A stretch of DNA of 64,000 nt from a virus (lineage: Duplodnaviria > Caudoviricetes): positions 128,001 through 192,000 of the IMG/VR virus record IMGVR_UViG_3300029305_005547. One strand, 5' to 3'. Of the stretch, positions 58,727 to 64,000 are shown one piece after another. Every line of letters begins with the position of its first letter. The first letter of the stretch is position 1. Made by a program: the position numbers and the translations under genes. Under the pieces are notes generated by a model that saw only the letters and a list, made by a program, of their open reading frames with translations, ran no database searches and was not told the DNA's origin.

Positions 58727-60214
58727 TTAATCTTCATCATCGTCATCATCGTCGTCGTATTCATCCGTATTCTTAAACACAGCCCCACCACCGACGCAAC
58801 TAAATTTTACAGGTGCAGGTATTTCATCATCGTCATCATCTTCAATTTTCATTCCTGCTGTATCTTCTGCAATAGTTTCGATATTACTTCCAGGTGCTTC
58901 TTCATTAAGATCAAGCTCTTCGAAACTTGCCTGCTTATTCTGATTACCAATTCTATTATCAACCAAAATAGCTCTGATAATATCCTGTTCAAGTTGCGCT
59001 GGATTAATAGGAAATGTTTTACCCTTAAGAATCTTATCCGGATCACAACCACGATTCTTACACATTTCAATTGCAAATTCTTCAGAGAGATCATCCATCT
59101 CTACCCAAACATCAAAACGACCAGATCTTCTAAGAGCAGGATCGAGTCTTTCAGGATAATTAGTTGTCGCAACAACCAAAGATCCATGACCCATAGAGTC
59201 CATAGCCTTAAGAAGATGAAGAAGACGTCTTGATGTTGTATTCTGATTCTGAACTTCTTCATGACTGGATGTTTGTCTATTCACAATCTGAGAATCGATC
59301 TCGTCAATGATATAAATAGTATTCGGCATTCCGAATGCATTGTCACCATTCTGTTTATCAAATACATCGAGATTGACACTCACGCATTCCATCTCATAAT
59401 ACTGAGGAAGGGAGAATGCAAATGCTGTTTTTCCTGTACCTGGTTTTCCTGAGAGTAAGAATCCCTTTCTGTAAGGTACAGCATATTCTTTGTAGATACT
59501 TTCCTTTCTCTTAAAGTCATTAATCTCTTTAAGTAAAGAATCCTTCGCAGGGAATGTGAGCATACTCATAGGTCTAACCTGAAGATCTTTTGCTTCTTCT
59601 CCATTAGATGACAAGCTGTTGTAACGGATACGATTATTATCCTGATTTGTTTTACTGATCGCTGATACAAGGTCATCAATCTCTCTTCTTACTTTTGTAA
59701 ACCATTTCTGGCGGTTAGGTCCAATAAAGAAAATGCTAGTACTAAAATGAACCACCGAACTTAAGATTCCATTATCAGAACGGTCATCCTTAGATAAAAT
59801 GGGCTCTTTAAGAACGATCATTCTTGTTCCTTCTTTATCCATCATCAAAGTATAGATGCCAGGAGCAATTGTCTTGTTAACAAGTTCGGGAAAACAAGTA
59901 ACTTTCTTCTTTACTCTTTCAATAGATGCGGAACATAAAGCAAATGAAGGATCTACATCTATAAGAGTACTACCGTACTTCTTGGACAAATACTTACCGT
60001 CCAAAATAGATACGCAACTCTTAGAAATATAAGAGTCATAATGCCCGGAAATATTGAAATAACTGCAGATATTCTTATCTACATATTCCATCAAACTTGC
60101 CTTAAGAGGACCAATTATTCTTTGAGCAGAATTACTTGCAACTGCCATTGCCTTTCCGATTACATTATTTGCAATAGCATAACTTACGGGGTTAAAATTG
60201 TTGTTAATAAACAT
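58727..60214 (-). CDS. AAA+ ATPase (BCS1-like)
   Basis: PYRKGFLLSGKPGTGKT, IIDEID, ATTNYPERLDPALRRSGRFD; AAGGAG RBS before ATG 60214. Confidence 0.88.
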   Translation of the reverse strand: MFINNNFNPVSYAIANNVIGKAMAVASNSAQRIIGPLKASLMEYVDKNICSYFNISGHYDSYISKSCVSILDGKYLSKKYGSTLIDVDPSFALCSASIERVKKKVTCFPELVNKTIAPGIYTLMMDKEGTRMIVLKEPILSKDDRSDNGILSSVVHFSTSIFFIGPNRQKWFTKVRREIDDLVSAISKTNQDNNRIRYNSLSSNGEEAKDLQVRPMSMLTFPAKDSLLKEINDFKRKESIYKEYAVPYRKGFLLSGKPGTGKTAFAFSLPQYYEMECVSVNLDVFDKQNGDNAFGMPNTIYIIDEIDSQIVNRQTSSHEEVQNQNTTSRRLLHLLKAMDSMGHGSLVVATTNYPERLDPALRRSGRFDVWVEMDDLSEEFAIEMCKNRGCDPDKILKGKTFPINPAQLEQDIIRAILVDNRIGNQNKQASFEELDLNEEAPGSNIETIAEDTAGMKIEDDDDDEIPAPVKFSCVGGGAVFKNTDEYDDDDDDDED

Positions 60215-60227
60215 TTTGTTATTCTCC

Positions 60228-60740
60228 TTAAACGATTTGATTTTTGCGAATGCGCTTCTGCATTCTTTCAATTTTCTTCTTTTCCCAGTTCTTGCAATCT
60301 TTATCCTTAATGAAGTTTTTGGACGCAAGAAACTCTATAGATAACTCGACCGCCACAATTGAGTCGATAATATCTTTTTTGTTATGACGACCTCTTACCT
60401 TTTTGCATATAACTTTCTGGAACTTAGCTAACTCGTAAACACAAGATTTCAAGTTAAATTCCTTATCATGATTTTTCATGTAATTGGTAAAAGCCGGTCT
60501 AGCTAATTTCTTAGCTTTCTTAATATCAGACGATTTGATTTTGAAAGTATTCATTATCAAACCAGTCATAATGTTTACATCTGCAACCTCTTCACATAAA
60601 TCATCGTAATTACCTTCGCCTGCAAGTACTAAAGAGATCTCAGTAATTAACTCCGAGATTTCTTCAACTGCCAGCGTACATGCCTGAGATTTGCGAAGCG
60701 ACTTTGTCACTCTGTTTAAAACCTTATTTTTGTTTTTCAT
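60228..60740 (-). CDS. MazG-like nucleotide pyrophosphohydrolase
   Basis: AVEEISEL...LCEEVADV plus a degenerate second repeat. Confidence 0.65.
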   Translation of the reverse strand: MKNKNKVLNRVTKSLRKSQACTLAVEEISELITEISLVLAGEGNYDDLCEEVADVNIMTGLIMNTFKIKSSDIKKAKKLARPAFTNYMKNHDKEFNLKSCVYELAKFQKVICKKVRGRHNKKDIIDSIVAVELSIEFLASKNFIKDKDCKNWEKKKIERMQKRIRKNQIV

Positions 60741-60750
60741 ATTTTCCTTT

Positions 60751-61614
60751 CTAAGCAAACTCGAATGCTCTTGTAAGAACAAAGTTTGCTCTTCGATCTA
60801 ACCAAGGTAATGCTTCTTTAAGATCATCATAATATTCTTTATCATCACCCCAATCATATTTTCCAAACGGAATAGTAACATCTCGTTTCCGTTTACGATT
60901 TTCAGTTAGCCATCCATCACTGGATATTGATGCGTGATATATAGTAACTTCATAAATGTCACCATACTCAAACTTTAAATCAGAAATATTCACGGATTCA
61001 ATTTTACAATCTCCAAACAATGAACCTTTCAAATTCATAAGTTTACGATAAGATCGATTTACACTCACTGAAAACTTTTCACCTTTAAATACTGGTGAAA
61101 ATGGGACTTCTTTATAAAATTCAACGAAGTTTTTATACTCATCAGATTCCTGTACTACGCATTCGTCATCAACATCATAATTCGAATATTTGATTCTGCG
61201 TATAGATGCAGTTGAACCATTTACTCTATACGTTATTCCTGTATTACCAGAAAACGATATAGTTCCGGTAGTAAGTGATGTGGATGTAGTATCTATCCAT
61301 GTATTTACAGTACGAAACGAACTAGATGTACTTGCAAGTTCTTCATCAGAATGAACCTCAATAAGTTCATCAAATAAAGAATCATCTATTAATATATCTG
61401 CATCATTGAATGCTATATTAGATATCCATGTATTTATTCGTGAAGACGACGAACTCAGGTAAATTCCAGAAGAATTACCTGAGTCCCAAGGTGGATTATT
61501 TTTCAATTCCTTCCCTCTATCATGAACGAATCGTCTTGTATCACGAAATACTTCGTCATCAGTGAGATCGATATCTCCAGGCAGGAAGCTCTGAATCTCA
61601 CCTAATCCAAACAT
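60751..61614 (-). CDS. Hypothetical protein
   Basis: 287-aa ORF in a minus-strand operon. Confidence 0.7.
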   Translation of the reverse strand: MFGLGEIQSFLPGDIDLTDDEVFRDTRRFVHDRGKELKNNPPWDSGNSSGIYLSSSSSRINTWISNIAFNDADILIDDSLFDELIEVHSDEELASTSSSFRTVNTWIDTTSTSLTTGTISFSGNTGITYRVNGSTASIRRIKYSNYDVDDECVVQESDEYKNFVEFYKEVPFSPVFKGEKFSVSVNRSYRKLMNLKGSLFGDCKIESVNISDLKFEYGDIYEVTIYHASISSDGWLTENRKRKRDVTIPFGKYDWGDDKEYYDDLKEALPWLDRRANFVLTRAFEFA

Positions 61615-61616
61615 AA

Positions 61617-62438
61617 TTAAATACCTGCCTCTTTCTTAAATTCTTCCTTGGTTGTAACCGGCTTAATTTCCTTAACAACTTCAGACTTATCCATTTTGAG
61701 TTTTTCTGCCATAGCTTCGATCATCTTGTCAAATGTCAGGTCGCAGTAATCATCGACCCAATCAGCGACAAAATACATCTTTTCATAAGTATTATTCTTA
61801 AGAGATGAAACAGATTTGTCAACTTTAAGAATACCGAAGAGAATAGGATCTTTCTCTTTTCTCTTCTTCTCGACTGCTGCAGCAGTCGATGTTTTTCCAG
61901 ATGCAGCAGCGGCTGTATTCTTCTCTTCAGTCTTCTCAGTGTAATCTGTGAAAACTACGTAGGCACCATCAAAACATTCTCGTACTGCCAACCATTTATC
62001 CATTACATCATCTGGAATTTCTCTAGGGAAATTCTCAAGCTCGATAAGCTTTACGGAATGACCAGAAATCTCTTTAAGATACTTGGTAACATTATCAATA
62101 TGAACGTACTGCTTAATTCCTTTCTCGTAGAGTTCAAGGTCCCGTTTCAATACATCGAAAGCATTCTTTGCTTTCTTTGCAGCTTCCTTCTGACCAAGGA
62201 TTTCAAACTTCTTAAGCAGACTCATACAAACATCTGCAGTTCGTTTTACTTCTTCAGAATCAGTTTCTTCTTTCATTCCTTTTACATAGTTGAAGTAATC
62301 GGAAACTGACAACTCTGCAGGTTCGGGTGCTTCTTCCACCTTTTCAGTAGGTTCTGTAGCTTTGTCTTTTACAACCTTTTCCTCTTCAGGTGCTACATAA
62401 GTTGATTTCTTTGATCTTGTTGACTTCTTTTCAGCCAT
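61617..62438 (-). CDS. Hypothetical early protein
   Basis: AAGGAGG RBS; early motif at 62477-62486; KDPILFG and YFVADW motifs. Confidence 0.75.
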   Translation of the reverse strand: MAEKKSTRSKKSTYVAPEEEKVVKDKATEPTEKVEEAPEPAELSVSDYFNYVKGMKEETDSEEVKRTADVCMSLLKKFEILGQKEAAKKAKNAFDVLKRDLELYEKGIKQYVHIDNVTKYLKEISGHSVKLIELENFPREIPDDVMDKWLAVRECFDGAYVVFTDYTEKTEEKNTAAAASGKTSTAAAVEKKRKEKDPILFGILKVDKSVSSLKNNTYEKMYFVADWVDDYCDLTFDKMIEAMAEKLKMDKSEVVKEIKPVTTKEEFKKEAGI

Positions 62439-62505
62439 TGTAGTATCCTCCTTGTATTTATTCTACATATATTAAAATAATATATCTTTATAATTTCTAT
62501 CATTT

Positions 62506-62844
62506 TCATAAAGAATTTATGATAGATCTTGCGTATTCACAAATTTCTTTTTTGAAATCTTCCTCTTCCATTTCAATCAATGGAATTACACTTGCTACTG
62601 AAGGGAGTGCATCAGGGTCATTAGCCGAAACGATCATTGCTTCAACTCCACTAAAAATAATTTCATCATTATCATCCATATGCATTACACGAATGACGCA
62701 TTCTTCTTTTTCTTCTACTGCAAGTACAGTAAACTCGTATAAAGTTCCTGTTCTACCTGTAGATTCTGATTTAGCATTAAAAGACTGGTAATCTATTTCG
62801 ATTTCCAATTCTTCTCCATTTATAATTTTCTCAATAGCTAACAT
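62506..62844 (-). CDS. Hypothetical protein
   Basis: GAGG RBS. Confidence 0.7.
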   Translation of the reverse strand: MLAIEKIINGEELEIEIDYQSFNAKSESTGRTGTLYEFTVLAVEEKEECVIRVMHMDDNDEIIFSGVEAMIVSANDPDALPSVASVIPLIEMEEEDFKKEICEYARSIINSL

Positions 62845-62861
62845 AATTTACCTCTCTTAAA

Positions 62862-63164
62862 TTAAGTTATATTTTCAAGTTGATAAATGAAATTTTTGAG
62901 CATATCTATTATTTCACTTTTCTTACCATCAGGATGTGAAAAACGTATGCATTCTGTGTGGATTCCAAAAGTCTCACAGAATTCCTTTCCGAAATCATGT
63001 GGTCGCATTAAATACTGGCATAAGAGATTAGCTTTACCTTCATCTGTTACGGTAAACTCAATATAATATCTATTATCACCTGTATGTACAAACCGTGGAA
63101 TACTATCATCATTATTTATTTTATCAATATAACTTTGATCATCTTCATTTATAATAACTTGCAT
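62862..63164 (-). CDS. Hypothetical protein
   Basis: AAGGAG RBS before ATG 63164. Confidence 0.65.
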   Translation of the reverse strand: MQVIINEDDQSYIDKINNDDSIPRFVHTGDNRYYIEFTVTDEGKANLLCQYLMRPHDFGKEFCETFGIHTECIRFSHPDGKKSEIIDMLKNFIYQLENIT

Positions 63165-63165
63165 G

Positions 63166-63489
63166 TCATGTCTCCTTTTCGTAAAATGAAACTTTAGCAC
63201 AACGAGTTTCATTATAATTTTCAGGGAAAATTAATTTCTCTACTTCTTTACCCTGAATAAACACTGATTTTATTTTTGTACGATCTACCCATTTATCTCC
63301 TGTCCATGCTCTTGTAAATGGAATTTCTTTTCCATCTATTATACGAATTATTTCAGTTCTTCTTCCTAGTTCTAGTGTAAGTTGTTTCTTGTTTATTTTA
63401 AAAGGATCATCGTGGATACTGGTAACATCAATGTCAGTATCCACTTCACCAAAGTCAAAACTAATACCGTGAATACTACAAACGGTCAA
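63166..63489 (-). CDS. Hypothetical protein
   Basis: TTG start overlapping the upstream stop. Confidence 0.55.
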   Translation of the reverse strand: MTVCSIHGISFDFGEVDTDIDVTSIHDDPFKINKKQLTLELGRRTEIIRIIDGKEIPFTRAWTGDKWVDRTKIKSVFIQGKEVEKLIFPENYNETRCAKVSFYEKET

Positions 63490-63986
63490 TTTTCTAAATA
63501 CCCGCCTTCACATGAGTTAGCTACAACTTTTCTAGATATGGCTGAATTGTCATGAACTTCTGTTTCAACCAAACATCCTTTACTCATAAACTCTTTACTA
63601 CCATCAGCTCTAAGAAGAAATGTACCTGCATTACCATTAGGGTATGGACACGGTACATCTTGTACTATACCATGATCAATATCATAATTCGGTATTTGAT
63701 TTATTATTTGTAAAGACATGCGACTTTCATAAAACTTGCAAGTAATTGGAGATAATATAAAAGCATCAGGAAATTCAGCTTCAAATATTGTAACACCCTT
63801 TAGTGTATCAGCATTCGCTTCAAGAATATCCTTAATGTTTTTAGTGACTTCAATCATCCTTTCTTTATGAGCACATACATCGAAATGAATACAAGACATA
63901 CATTTAGTATTCTTATATTTTTCTTTTCTAGGATCTACATATCGTATACCGTCAACACCTTTAATTTCATAATAAGCTTCGCTCAT
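63486..63986 (-). CDS. Hypothetical Cys-containing protein
   Basis: AAGGAGG RBS; CxxCxHxxxC motif. Confidence 0.7.
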   Translation of the reverse strand: MSEAYYEIKGVDGIRYVDPRKEKYKNTKCMSCIHFDVCAHKERMIEVTKNIKDILEANADTLKGVTIFEAEFPDAFILSPITCKFYESRMSLQIINQIPNYDIDHGIVQDVPCPYPNGNAGTFLLRADGSKEFMSKGCLVETEVHDNSAISRKVVANSCEGGYLEN

Positions 63987-64000
63987 TTGTACCTCCTTCT

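Noticed and set aside
1-64000. Stop-codon reassignment
   Set aside because: Long core genes are intact under the standard code, and the breaks in terL and RNAP are fully explained by introns.

Overview
AT-rich 64 kb segment of a phiKZ/AR9(PBS1)-like jumbo myophage, probably infecting a Firmicute (strong AGGAGG-type RBSs, M15 endolysin with a peptidoglycan-binding domain). It encodes two multisubunit RNA polymerase beta subunits (virion-type and non-virion-type), RecA/UvsX, a RecD-like helicase, a DHH phosphoesterase, dUTPase, endolysin, baseplate/tail chaperone genes, a large family of internal head proteins, and a terminase large subunit. Three group I introns are present (one in RNAP beta, two in terL); all splice junctions were read from the sequence and restore conserved motifs in frame. 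Main discovery: a dispersed tail-fibre tip cassette system. Five copies of an 80-bp element (left box ACGGAATTTAGTTAAGTA, a 51-nt terminator-like hairpin spacer, right box CTAAATAGTAA) lie at 3271, 14976, 25792, 33678 (minus) and 43783. Each is followed by a different receptor-binding-like C-terminal reading frame that opens right after an in-frame TAG with L-N-S-N/K. The one complete tail-fibre gene (8210-10090) has the same right box at its L-N-S-N codons (9332), and the left box lies 1.63 kb upstream (7681). The 5' module (promoter plus constant N-terminus) therefore occupies the slot that the hairpin spacer fills at silent loci, suggesting a two-site cassette-exchange mechanism for host-range switching. 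No recombinase was recognised in this window. Other notable items: a conserved structured 5' leader shared by two unrelated genes, an antisense ncRNA nested in an intron loop, a T4-e-like RBS-occluding hairpin on the endolysin, a probable -1 frameshift, AR9-type late promoters in a dUTPase-encoding phage, and a tandem ART-like virion protein. All assignments come from reading motifs by eye; no database searches were run.
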